IMG/VR virus record: IMGVR_UViG_3300043218_000070
Coordinates: 1-37,534 of that record
Reading direction: 5' to 3' (one strand)
Source: a virus
Taxonomy: Duplodnaviria > Caudoviricetes
Length of the DNA: 37,534 nt
Shown here: in pieces, positions 8,133 through 16,163 of the stretch
Numbering within the stretch: position 1 is the first letter of the stretch
How the letters are laid out: every line of letters begins with the position of its first letter
Program-made: the position numbers and the translations under genes
Notes under the pieces: model-generated
The model's input: the letters and a program-made list of their open reading frames with translations, nothing else
Databases searched by the model: none
Told to the model about the DNA's origin: nothing

Positions 8133-9503
8133 TTACATTAATCCTGTTAAGTTTCCTGTTGTCGCATGAGGTACTAATACTACATAAAATCTAGGTAAGA
8201 TAGCCATGATGTAATCAGGAGATCTACCCGTTATTGCTTTAATTTCTTTTCTACTTATAATAGATAGCTTTTTTTCATCAGAATCAACATTTGCTTTTTT
8301 GATAGCCTTGAGGTCCTTTTCAAGTTCTGACTTCAAACCGTCCTCTGTGAATGCTGAAGGCTTTACATATATTCCACCATCATTGATTTTCTTTGAGGAA
8401 CAATAAAATAGCTCTGATCTGAGATTCATGTATATCTCTTTATCATCACCTACAGCTCCGGACCCTACTTTTATACCGGTATAGCCGCCGTATTGAGCAA
8501 GGCCAACACCTAATCCATCTTTTTCAACTATAATATCTTGATCATCAACAAGCCATTCAGCGGCAAGATCATCAATGAAAATCTGTAATTCTGGTAACTG
8601 AGTAGTTGCAACTCTATAGATTTTTTCAATAACCCAGCCGGTCCAAACTATGACTATTGAATTATCCTTACCCTCTCCGGAAGGGTCAACTGTTATAAAT
8701 GTTCTCTCTCTACCATTGGTCAATTGATCCTCTTCAATATACTTATTCTTTGATAGCTCATGAATTGCGTCAATATCATAAATACAATAAGGGTCAATCT
8801 CATAATTCCAATTACCGTATAAAAGACGCTCTCTCATTACTTTATCCTTAATCTTTTCAAGCGTTTTAAGGTACTCAGGATCGTTATGATTATTGTCTTT
8901 AGCTAATGACTGAATAAATACAAAGTGTTCTTCAAGTGTACCCTCTTTAGACGGATCATAGAAATTATCTTTTAACCAATTCTGTTTAGGGTTACAGGTT
9001 AATAGCATTTTACCAACTATACCATACTCTTTATTCATATGCCGGCCAATACGAGTTTTCAAAACCTCAAATGCTTTCTCAGGAACTTCACCAGCTTCTT
9101 CAATCGCCCCGCCTGTATATTCAGTGGACCCAAAACGCTCATAAAGCGGATCTCTTGGAATCAATTTAGCATCGAGTAAATCAATCCTTGATCCATTCTT
9201 GAATTCTATATAGTTATATTGCCCGTTTAATTTCCAATCTGAATCAGGTATTTTGTGATGCAAACAAACCTTTTGAAATGTCACATATGTAGAAGCCATG
9301 AGCCGCTTTAATTCGTTTCGAGCAATAAACCATTTAGTTCTGGGAAACATATAGCACATAAAAATTAACCATTCACAGATCAGCCATGATTTACCACCAC
9401 CAGCACCACCACCTAACAATATATATCTTGATAATCTGTAAAAATGATAGAGGTGTTTCCATGCCTCAAACTGCTTTTTAGTTGGGACCAGTTTTATCTT
9501 CAT
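8133..9503 (-). CDS. terL: Terminase large subunit
   Basis: Walker A GGGAGGGKS, Walker B AIEEAGE, LTCNP coupling motif, nuclease TVDPSGEGKD. Confidence 0.96.
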   Translation of the reverse strand: MKIKLVPTKKQFEAWKHLYHFYRLSRYILLGGGAGGGKSWLICEWLIFMCYMFPRTKWFIARNELKRLMASTYVTFQKVCLHHKIPDSDWKLNGQYNYIEFKNGSRIDLLDAKLIPRDPLYERFGSTEYTGGAIEEAGEVPEKAFEVLKTRIGRHMNKEYGIVGKMLLTCNPKQNWLKDNFYDPSKEGTLEEHFVFIQSLAKDNNHNDPEYLKTLEKIKDKVMRERLLYGNWNYEIDPYCIYDIDAIHELSKNKYIEEDQLTNGRERTFITVDPSGEGKDNSIVIVWTGWVIEKIYRVATTQLPELQIFIDDLAAEWLVDDQDIIVEKDGLGVGLAQYGGYTGIKVGSGAVGDDKEIYMNLRSELFYCSSKKINDGGIYVKPSAFTEDGLKSELEKDLKAIKKANVDSDEKKLSIISRKEIKAITGRSPDYIMAILPRFYVVLVPHATTGNLTGLM

Positions 9504-9940
9504 TCCGGAGCCACCATCTCAAAGCCTTCAACTTGATTGTCTTGGTTTTCCTGTTCTGCAGGATCGGGCTTATCTCTCCATTTTTTAGGTTGTCTATTTT
9601 TAAGCCAGAATTGACCCGCTTTTACATCAGGTGGATAGTGCTTATCAATATCTAATGTATCTGTAATTTCACCATTAAAAGACGCTATTTTGGTCTCTTT
9701 ACAGCTGTACCCTGTAGCCCTTTGAAAGAGAGATTTTGCAACTAAAGCATCAGCATCTTCTTTAGCGCTCTTGATGGACTCTAAGAATTCCGGAAAATCA
9801 TGTTTCCAATTGTTCAAAGTAGCCTCACAAACATCAAAAAAACCAGCCAATTCCTTATCTGTAGCACCTAATAAGCAGTAATTATGTGCTAAATCACAAT
9901 ACTCTGGCTTGTATTTTGTCGGTTGCCCTGCATTACTCAT
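9500..9940 (-). CDS. terS: Terminase small subunit
   Basis: GQPTKYKPEY...GATDKELAGFFDV.EATLNNWK..FPEF HTH; HYPPD...FWLKNRQPKKWRDK. Confidence 0.93.
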   Translation of the reverse strand: MSNAGQPTKYKPEYCDLAHNYCLLGATDKELAGFFDVCEATLNNWKHDFPEFLESIKSAKEDADALVAKSLFQRATGYSCKETKIASFNGEITDTLDIDKHYPPDVKAGQFWLKNRQPKKWRDKPDPAEQENQDNQVEGFEMVAPE

Positions 9941-9959
9941 AAAACCTCAAGTTCTAATA

Positions 9960-10016
9960 TTTGCGTATCAAACGCGAAAAAGTCATAGGTATCAAACCCA
10001 TGACTTTAATATAATA
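9960..10016 (-). promoter_or_regulatory. Late leader 1: -10 TATTAT plus twin hairpins, both with UUGAU loops
   Basis: AAAGTCATGGGT-TTGAT-ACCTATGACTTT and GCGT-TTGAT-ACGC upstream of the terS RBS. Confidence 0.6.
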
Positions 10017-10042
10017 AAAAACTTGCCGTTGTGGAAATAGCC

Positions 10043-10423
10043 TTATTCGTCACATTCTACAAATTCTCTGGGTTGTATGTACATTATTTCATCAGGAAAA
10101 TATCCATGCCAATAATTGTATTTATAGATATTCTCTATTTCTGAGTACTTCTTATGTACTATAACGGCCTTTAAGTCGCTATTGCTAATGAATGTACTAT
10201 CTGCCTTTACACTATCAACAGATACTATATTGACGCTTGTATAGCCATTATCGTACTCTAAATATTGATCAAGAGTATAAATCTGCTTTACACCTCCATT
10301 ATTCCACTTTTCAACAGAACACCATGTTCTATTATCTGGAATAGTTGGAGCGCTCGAGCTCCCTGTAGGTGCCCGCTCACAGTTCATTAGTATTAGTGTT
10401 GCTATTATTAATAGGTATTTCAT
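10043..10423 (-). CDS. Putative lipoprotein
   Basis: MKY + hydrophobic core + LMNC, then a S/P/T-rich tether. Confidence 0.6.
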   Translation of the reverse strand: MKYLLIIATLILMNCERAPTGSSSAPTIPDNRTWCSVEKWNNGGVKQIYTLDQYLEYDNGYTSVNIVSVDSVKADSTFISNSDLKAVIVHKKYSEIENIYKYNYWHGYFPDEIMYIQPREFVECDE

Positions 10424-10719
10424 GATTTTACTTCCTTTTTTGGTGGTGTTGTTGTTGATATTTTAACTTGACATCCGCAATTAAAATACGCATAGTGTTT
10501 TTCACTTAAATGATTGTCGTATGAACCCCTATCTAATATAATTGTTTTTTCATTTCCATGTTTACATTTGCCAATACTCACCCACCTATCACCCGTCTGC
10601 TCAAGTATGTGGTTAACCGCTTTTTCAGCAACAGCTTTAAATTCACCCATATTGAACCATGTGTGCTCAACAATATTGGTTACTTCCTCTATCAGCCTCT
10701 CTTTCAGTTCGTTATTCAC
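10420..10719 (-). CDS. Hypothetical protein
   Basis: AAAGGAG RBS, coupled to the next ORF. Confidence 0.65.
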   Translation of the reverse strand: MNNELKERLIEEVTNIVEHTWFNMGEFKAVAEKAVNHILEQTGDRWVSIGKCKHGNEKTIILDRGSYDNHLSEKHYAYFNCGCQVKISTTTPPKKEVKS

Positions 10720-10729
10720 TTTTGCTCCT

Positions 10730-10927
10730 TTAAATGCTTAGCACTTCGTATTTATGGCCGTTTGTGGTGAATTTATCACCAACTTTTACTATTGGCATCC
10801 CGTGACAAGATACGGGACGCATTGATCCGCTAATTTTTCTCATAACATACATTTCATTTCTATTTGAGCCAGAACTCCACCCAACGCTTGTACATTGTTC
10901 TTCAACTCCATCAATCAACATTCTCAC
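10730..10927 (-). CDS. Hypothetical protein
   Basis: Packed in the minus-strand array. Confidence 0.55.
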   Translation of the reverse strand: MRMLIDGVEEQCTSVGWSSGSNRNEMYVMRKISGSMRPVSCHGMPIVKVGDKFTTNGHKYEVLSI

Positions 10928-11484
10928 AAGTCACCAACCTTATCATTAAACTCAAACGCACACTTGATTGATTTACCCTCGATTTCGTAACCCTGTGAGT
11001 GTTTGCATCCTTTTAAATTTAAAGGGAGACAATTTCTACACATGTTTGATCCGACTTTAATCATGTTGCCATACTCTGTTTTCTGACCGTGTGGGCAATC
11101 AGTAAGGCATTTTGGGCAATCGAACATTCCACCATTATCGCCTTGCTCATACTCAATCACCTCATAAGCCTCAATCGAACCGTCAAGCATTCCTTGACTG
11201 TTGCCGTTATCTACCTCCGAGTTATCAACAATTTCTTTACAACTGGATTGACAACAGCACGTTTTACAGTACACACGATCACTATTATCAGCGTCGTGAT
11301 GCTCGACTACAGTATTGCTACTACCACAAAATTTACACTCAGTGGGCTCACACTCAAACAGGCTTTTGATTTCAGGGTGATTGATTAGTTCCTTAATAAA
11401 ATTGTCCACACCTCTAGATATACCAGCAGGAGGGTAAATATTTTTTACTATATACTTAAATCGTTCTTCAGTTATCTTAGGCAT
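10924..11484 (-). CDS. Cys-rich multi-zinc-finger protein
   Basis: CKFCGS...VYCKTC, CPKC..CPH, CRNC motifs; GGAGG RBS. Confidence 0.65.
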   Translation of the reverse strand: MPKITEERFKYIVKNIYPPAGISRGVDNFIKELINHPEIKSLFECEPTECKFCGSSNTVVEHHDADNSDRVYCKTCCCQSSCKEIVDNSEVDNGNSQGMLDGSIEAYEVIEYEQGDNGGMFDCPKCLTDCPHGQKTEYGNMIKVGSNMCRNCLPLNLKGCKHSQGYEIEGKSIKCAFEFNDKVGDL

Positions 11485-11635
11485 TGTCAGCCTCCATCAA
11501 TACTTTCCTTATATCCCTCAATTCTCTATCAATTGTAGAGCATGAAATCATCTTTGTTGCATTCTTAGACGCACTATCATTATATTTAAGCAATGAATCT
11601 ATCAACTTCAAAGCCGTTTCTATTCTAGCATCCAT
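11477..11635 (-). CDS. Small hypothetical protein, not in ORF track
   Basis: 52 aa MDARIETALKLID...; GGAGG RBS; fills the gap between neighbours. Confidence 0.55.
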   Translation of the reverse strand: MDARIETALKLIDSLLKYNDSASKNATKMISCSTIDRELRDIRKVLMEADNA

Positions 11636-11853
11636 TATTTAACCTCCAACACTTCTGTAATCTCAACCATTAATACGTGCTTATTTAATTGGTCTTCCAT
11701 ATCTAGTTTTATCCTATTCTTTAGATCAACACTACCTTTAATGATATTAATCGGCATATCTGTATTAATATCAATTTCACCGCTTTTACCTACAATACGG
11801 CCGCCGTTCTCTGCCACATTAAAATCATATTTTACTAAGTATTTTACCCTCAT
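11635..11853 (-). CDS. Hypothetical protein
   Basis: TAATG-coupled on both sides. Confidence 0.6.
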   Translation of the reverse strand: MRVKYLVKYDFNVAENGGRIVGKSGEIDINTDMPINIIKGSVDLKNRIKLDMEDQLNKHVLMVEITEVLEVK

Positions 11854-11981
11854 TACCCAACCCCCACAGCCGAAACAAAACGCTCTTCATTATCACCATC
11901 AACCTCAGCCATAAAGTGATTAAACGCCATTTCGCCGAATATGTGCTTCTCTCGCTTGTTCGTTGTTATTCTAATGCTCAT
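11853..11981 (-). CDS. Small hypothetical protein, not in ORF track
   Basis: 42 aa MSIRITTNKREKHIFG...; AAAAGGGATCAACAG RBS. Confidence 0.5.
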   Translation of the reverse strand: MSIRITTNKREKHIFGEMAFNHFMAEVDGDNEERFVSAVGVG

Positions 11982-12154
11982 CTGTTGATCCCTTTTTGGT
12001 TAACTGTGTTTTCGATCTTCTCTTCAATTGCGTCACGTACAAACTGGCTGAACTTGATTTTTAAGCCTTTAGCACACTTTGTAGCTTTTTTAGATAGGCT
12101 TGTTGGCATTCTGATATCTACCCGTTTATCGTTTGGTTTTAGTGCATTACTCAT
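11978..12154 (-). CDS. Ribbon-helix-helix (CopG-like) regulator
   Basis: KRVDIRMP.SL....TKCAK...IKFSQFVRDAIEE pattern. Confidence 0.75.
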   Translation of the reverse strand: MSNALKPNDKRVDIRMPTSLSKKATKCAKGLKIKFSQFVRDAIEEKIENTVNQKGINR

Positions 12155-12383
12155 CATCGCTACCAATTTCTATTCCATTATAACCGAATGATATGGTGGG
12201 TAGAATAACTACATCTTTATTTTTCAGATTAGAATACTCTTGCTTCGCATGCTCTCCTAGTGCCCTTCTACAATCTCCGACGCTTCCAAATCCATTCCAT
12301 TCGCCAATATCTACGCCTTTAAGTTCTAATGGCTCAGATTTCAATGATTCGTTCTTTTTTACTATGTATGCTTTCCATCTCAT
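12147..12383 (-). CDS. Hypothetical protein
   Basis: Likely start ATG 12383 (MRWKAY), just after the upstream stop. Confidence 0.6.
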   Translation of the reverse strand: MRWKAYIVKKNESLKSEPLELKGVDIGEWNGFGSVGDCRRALGEHAKQEYSNLKNKDVVILPTISFGYNGIEIGSDDE

Positions 12384-12384
12384 T

Positions 12385-12564
12385 TTATTTACCATTATTG
12401 AAAGACAGTATCTTTGATAAAAGATACTTTGCTCTAGTTTTATTCACGTTCATTTCTTTTTTAACCATTTCAACTAAATCATCATCTATATTAAGTCGAT
12501 CCAATGGCCTTATATCTTGATTGCTTATCTGCTTTTCTCTAAGCTTAATTGTATTGCACTTCAT
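12385..12564 (-). CDS. Small helical protein, paralog of the N-terminus of 4821-5201; not in ORF track
   Basis: 59 aa ...RPLDRLNIDDDLVEMVKKEMNVNKTRAKYLLSKILS. Confidence 0.7.
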   Translation of the reverse strand: MKCNTIKLREKQISNQDIRPLDRLNIDDDLVEMVKKEMNVNKTRAKYLLSKILSFNNGK

Positions 12565-12695
12565 TAAAACCCCACATAAATTAAATTGTCAGTATCTATA
12601 TCTCTGTCAAACGACTTAAATACATTTTCCATTGTTACCACATCTGGATTAGGCGTAAACCACCGCCCGTATCCGTGTGCATACATATAAATCAT
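12564..12695 (-). CDS. Small hypothetical protein, not in ORF track
   Basis: 43 aa MIYMYAHGYGRWFTPNPD..., TAATG-coupled on both sides. Confidence 0.5.
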   Translation of the reverse strand: MIYMYAHGYGRWFTPNPDVVTMENVFKSFDRDIDTDNLIYVGF

Positions 12696-12913
12696 TAACG
12701 ACCCATTCTTGTTGTTCTGATTATTTCAGAGAATTGGTGTCCGATATTATCACCAATAGCGCCAGTAGTGCAAATTCTTCCATCTTGCTCAAACTCGATG
12801 TGGATTATCTCAGCTGTACCATTCTCAATAAAAGAATTACAAAATGCAACCATTGCATCAAAAGAGTTTGTGTGTGCTGTTTCTTCATTGTTGATTGATG
12901 CTAAGTATTTCAT
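12695..12913 (-). CDS. Hypothetical protein, first gene of the operon
   Basis: AAGGATCAATC RBS, downstream of a promoter. Confidence 0.65.
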   Translation of the reverse strand: MKYLASINNEETAHTNSFDAMVAFCNSFIENGTAEIIHIEFEQDGRICTTGAIGDNIGHQFSEIIRTTRMGR

Positions 12914-12942
12914 GATTGATCCTTGTTATTTGCTTCTTATCC

Positions 12943-12972
12943 AAATGTACATACATTGTACGTACATTTCAA
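12943..12972 (-). promoter_or_regulatory. Sigma70 promoter with overlapping 27-bp palindromic operator
   Basis: TTGAAA-17 bp-TACATT; AAATGTACATACA-T-TGTACGTACATTT (arms 12/13 complementary). Confidence 0.7.
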
Positions 12973-13008
12973 CATAATTCTTTATAAAGGTGAAAATAAA
13001 TTACAAAT

Positions 13009-13227
13009 TCATGATTTACCACCTGATTCAGCAATATACATCAATGCTCTTTTTCTACTCCCACCAACCAGTCTAACAACCCTATTAAACTGCTCAATAA
13101 GTGGTGTTAAATGCTCTTTATTGGCAAAGCGTATCAACCCATTCAAATGTATTCTATCGCCATTAGTAGACTCATAAACAGCGGAGCCGATATGTTTCCA
13201 TTTGCCACTTAACTTAACGCTACTCAT
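13009..13227 (-). CDS. Hypothetical protein
   Basis: ATG 13227 coupled by an ATGA overlap. Confidence 0.6.
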   Translation of the reverse strand: MSSVKLSGKWKHIGSAVYESTNGDRIHLNGLIRFANKEHLTPLIEQFNRVVRLVGGSRKRALMYIAESGGKS

Positions 13228-13343
13228 GATTTCCACCCAATAATAACCAGAAAAACCACCCCCACCAGGAATACAGCTCCAAGCATAGCAACGGTTTTCA
13301 CTGTTAATTTTACCATTTCTGTTGTTTCGTAATCGTTGTTCAT
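13224..13343 (-). CDS. Small single-TM protein, not in ORF track
   Basis: 39 aa, VAMLGAVFLVGVVFLVIIGW; AAAGGAG RBS. Confidence 0.6.
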   Translation of the reverse strand: MNNDYETTEMVKLTVKTVAMLGAVFLVGVVFLVIIGWKS

Positions 13344-13345
13344 GT

Positions 13346-13591
13346 TTACTCCTTTAAAAGTTCTCTAGCTTCAGACATTGATTCTCTGAGTAATACTGAA
13401 CTAATACCATTCGTCATGCACATTTTTCCAATACAATTAAGTGAAGCGTTATTATCTTCAAATGAACATAAGCAAGACTCAATATCCATGCCTCTTACAG
13501 TTTTATATTCATCGGTTAACGATCGATCCTCATTTATTTTACCTAAAAGAATCGCTCCAACCTTATCAACAAACTTTTCTGTATATTGCAT
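13346..13591 (-). CDS. Hypothetical protein
   Basis: Packed array, coupled. Confidence 0.6.
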   Translation of the reverse strand: MQYTEKFVDKVGAILLGKINEDRSLTDEYKTVRGMDIESCLCSFEDNNASLNCIGKMCMTNGISSVLLRESMSEARELLKE

Positions 13592-13845
13592 TATAACACC
13601 ACCTTCTCACGATTAACAATCCCACTCCGCCCAGCATAAGCAGTCAACCGCATAAGTTCATCCTCAGTAAACATACAAGCCTTACCATCCCTTTTAACTT
13701 TAAACCGCCCATCGTCGTCTTTCTTAACCGGTATGTTGTTACCAAAGTTCGACCTGTAAAGTATCTTACTGGTACGGCAAAACGAGTAATTGTGATAGTC
13801 TCGCAGTAATATCCTGTTTCGGTTTTCTTGTTTAATTGGCTTCAT
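13591..13845 (-). CDS. Basic hypothetical protein (possibly NUMOD4-like)
   Basis: DYHNYSF...LYRSNFG...KVKRDGK; GGAGG RBS. Confidence 0.5.
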   Translation of the reverse strand: MKPIKQENRNRILLRDYHNYSFCRTSKILYRSNFGNNIPVKKDDDGRFKVKRDGKACMFTEDELMRLTAYAGRSGIVNREKVVL

Positions 13846-13959
13846 CTAAAGTCCTCCACAAAACAGATAAATACCGTAACCAATGCCAGCGACGACAGAA
13901 CATGCCCCAATAAACACTAACATCTTAAGAGCATCAACTATATAATTAAGCTTTTCCAC
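13846..13959 (-). CDS. Small single-TM protein, not in ORF track
   Basis: 37 aa from GTG, LVFIGACSVVAGIGYGIYLF; GAGG RBS. Confidence 0.5.
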   Translation of the reverse strand: MEKLNYIVDALKMLVFIGACSVVAGIGYGIYLFCGGL

Positions 13960-13960
13960 T

Positions 13961-14554
13961 CTACACCTCGCCTTCTGGAATAACGTTGATTGGGTTGTTC
14001 CAATCTATTATGTGTTCGGCGAAAAATGTACACTCACGGTTACTTGTAAGTCCAATTGCCGTTTCCCCGTTCCAGTGACATACGCCTTTTCCATCTAACA
14101 CCCCGTACCACCCTTCCTCACGAACACACTCACAAGCCTCTTTGAAGCATCCCGCGCAGACCTGTATAGTTTTTGGGAGGATGCGTTTTAGTTGGAAGTG
14201 TGGCAATGTTGAATTAACCCATTTAATATATTCAATCTCATCATCGTTACCATCGACATCGTTACCATCGAATGAAAAACCGTACTTACCCACATCAACC
14301 ACTACTCCAACGCCATCGGTAAACTCAATACCTTCCTCAGGAACCTCCATTCCCTTAGTGGGGTATAGCGGGGGGAGGTTGGAGAAGTCTACTTCATTAA
14401 CAATGTTGTTGTTAGACACGTTACCAATAATAAAGTTATCAACCCCTATAGTTCTCTCACTACAAAGAACTTTATTATTAAATTGTCTAAGTTTTGTTCC
14501 AATTGGTAATTTGTGATCACCCACATCCAATATCTCTATAGTCTTATTTTTCAT
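13961..14554 (-). CDS. Hypothetical protein with CxxC..C.C motif
   Basis: 197 aa; AAAAAGGATCAG RBS. Confidence 0.65.
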   Translation of the reverse strand: MKNKTIEILDVGDHKLPIGTKLRQFNNKVLCSERTIGVDNFIIGNVSNNNIVNEVDFSNLPPLYPTKGMEVPEEGIEFTDGVGVVVDVGKYGFSFDGNDVDGNDDEIEYIKWVNSTLPHFQLKRILPKTIQVCAGCFKEACECVREEGWYGVLDGKGVCHWNGETAIGLTSNRECTFFAEHIIDWNNPINVIPEGEV

Positions 14555-14573
14555 TCTACTGATCCTTTTTTGA

Positions 14574-14771
14574 TTATTTGTTAATTATTGTTAAAACAAT
14601 GTGAGTTATGATAATTGCACCAACAACAACCATAGATAGGCACCCAAGCCCCAATACAATCTCTTCTTTTTTGTGTTCTTTAACCGCTAGATCACATTCC
14701 TTTTTATACAATCTTTGCTCATTTTTACGCTTATCTTTTCGACTCTGCTCCTTACACTCCTTTCTATTCAT
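14574..14771 (-). CDS. Small protein with C-terminal TM helix
   Basis: Basic N-terminus, IVLGLGCLSMVVVGAIIIT. Confidence 0.6.
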   Translation of the reverse strand: MNRKECKEQSRKDKRKNEQRLYKKECDLAVKEHKKEEIVLGLGCLSMVVVGAIIITHIVLTIINK

Positions 14772-14772
14772 C

Positions 14773-15186
14773 CTATAAATCCTTTTCGCTGGTAATTTGG
14801 TTTGTGGTGTTGGTTATTAGTGTTTCTTTTATTTCCGTTAACATTGCCCTAACGGCCCATACTTCAATTGTAGCGGCATTGCTTGGCACCTTAGAGTTCT
14901 GGTGCATAGCAAGCAGCAAGTCTTTACTCATAATCATTGCTAACATTTCCTCATTATCACCTAATTGTCGAGCCTCACCAATCTTTATACCCTCTTCAAT
15001 GCCTTCTTGATAGTCTCCTTTGGGGTTACTTGATTGGCGAGTGTCAATAACAGCCCTTGACAACTTACCCAAATGATAAAGACTTAGTCTGCTCAATATC
15101 CCAAGCTCTTTGGATTCATCAAGAATAGCCTTAAATGCTTTTCCGTATACTCCACTAAAATCATGCTTCAACTTCTCTTCACTCAT
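14773..15186 (-). CDS. Hypothetical protein sharing short segments with the Lar-like neighbour
   Basis: MSEEKLK, TRQSS and a C-terminal box shared with 15223-15558. Confidence 0.65.
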   Translation of the reverse strand: MSEEKLKHDFSGVYGKAFKAILDESKELGILSRLSLYHLGKLSRAVIDTRQSSNPKGDYQEGIEEGIKIGEARQLGDNEEMLAMIMSKDLLLAMHQNSKVPSNAATIEVWAVRAMLTEIKETLITNTTNQITSEKDL

Positions 15187-15222
15187 ACTAATTCCCCTTT
15201 CCTAATTAAATCCTTGATATAC

Positions 15223-15558
15223 TCATCTGCTTGGTTGCGGGTGAGTGGTTTGGTTTAGTGTGTTACGTATTTTGGTTAACTCGATCTTTATGTGATTATT
15301 TGAGTAAAGGTCTTTCCCTATCCACTCCTCAGAATGATTAATCTCATCAACGAATCTGTCAATCATTTTAAGCGCCTCACTCACAGCCTCACTTGATTGG
15401 CGAGTATTCCAGAAGTTTAAAACATACTCTTTTGACCCTTCAGGAGACATAACGCCACAATCAACACAGTGACAATTATATATACCGTGATCCTCTCCTA
15501 ATTCTGCCTTACCTCCGCAGCTTGGAAACGGACACTCTTTCAATTTTTCTTCACTCAT
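15223..15558 (-). CDS. Lar-family restriction alleviation protein
   Basis: LKECPF..CGGKAEL...CVDCG...WNTR signature. Confidence 0.78.
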   Translation of the reverse strand: MSEEKLKECPFPSCGGKAELGEDHGIYNCHCVDCGVMSPEGSKEYVLNFWNTRQSSEAVSEALKMIDRFVDEINHSEEWIGKDLYSNNHIKIELTKIRNTLNQTTHPQPSR

Positions 15559-15599
15559 ATTACTTCCCTATCAATTCGTTAATTATTATCCACTTCTGT

Positions 15600-16163
15600 T
15601 TAGTTGTCATTTGCAAGTTTCCGTACCTCATCAAATCTCCACTTGTACCCTTTGTGTGTTGCAAACCCTTCCATGCGCTTGCAACACTTTAACACGTGAC
15701 TCCTATCAAATCCAGCGTTAGCGACTTCAGTAGTTCCATTGAATGAATCAACAATAACACCACTAGATGTTAACTGATTTATTTTAATAAATGAGTAGTT
15801 CCGTGTAAATAATCTATTTGCCATAGATAATTTTCTTCTTTCAATAGCTGTTCCGTGATTCATGTTCTCTTTAGCTGTAGCCCACTCTAGATTGCCAACA
15901 TTATTATTACTCTTAACCTCGTCTATATGGTTAACCATTGGCTTGTTTTCTGGATTAGGTATAAACGCAAGTGCAACGAGCCTATGGACTCTACTAGTAC
16001 GTTGTATGCCTGAATCACACAAACCTACAATCATGTACCCTAGATTATCAATGCACGAACTTAAAAGCTTATTTCTCTCATACCTTATAGATTTAACTCT
16101 ACCTAAGCTTGACACCATATACAAGCCTTCAAAACCTTTAACATTTAACCATTCTTCTTTCAT
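15600..16163 (-). CDS. NUMOD4-HNH-NUMOD1 homing endonuclease
   Basis: EEW..VKGFEGLYMVSSLGRVKS, VHRLVALAFIPNPENKPMVNHIDEVKSNNNV.NLEW, HKGYKWRF. Confidence 0.93.
   Translation of the reverse strand: MKEEWLNVKGFEGLYMVSSLGRVKSIRYERNKLLSSCIDNLGYMIVGLCDSGIQRTSRVHRLVALAFIPNPENKPMVNHIDEVKSNNNVGNLEWATAKENMNHGTAIERRKLSMANRLFTRNYSFIKINQLTSSGVIVDSFNGTTEVANAGFDRSHVLKCCKRMEGFATHKGYKWRFDEVRKLANDN

Noticed and set aside
14242-14271. 15-bp tandem duplication CATCGTTACCATCGA
   Set aside because: Two in-frame copies (DGNDV/DGNDD); ordinary slippage
15600-16163. HNH endonuclease as part of a group I intron or intein
   Set aside because: Free-standing and TAATG-coupled to the initiator; no interrupted host gene flanks it
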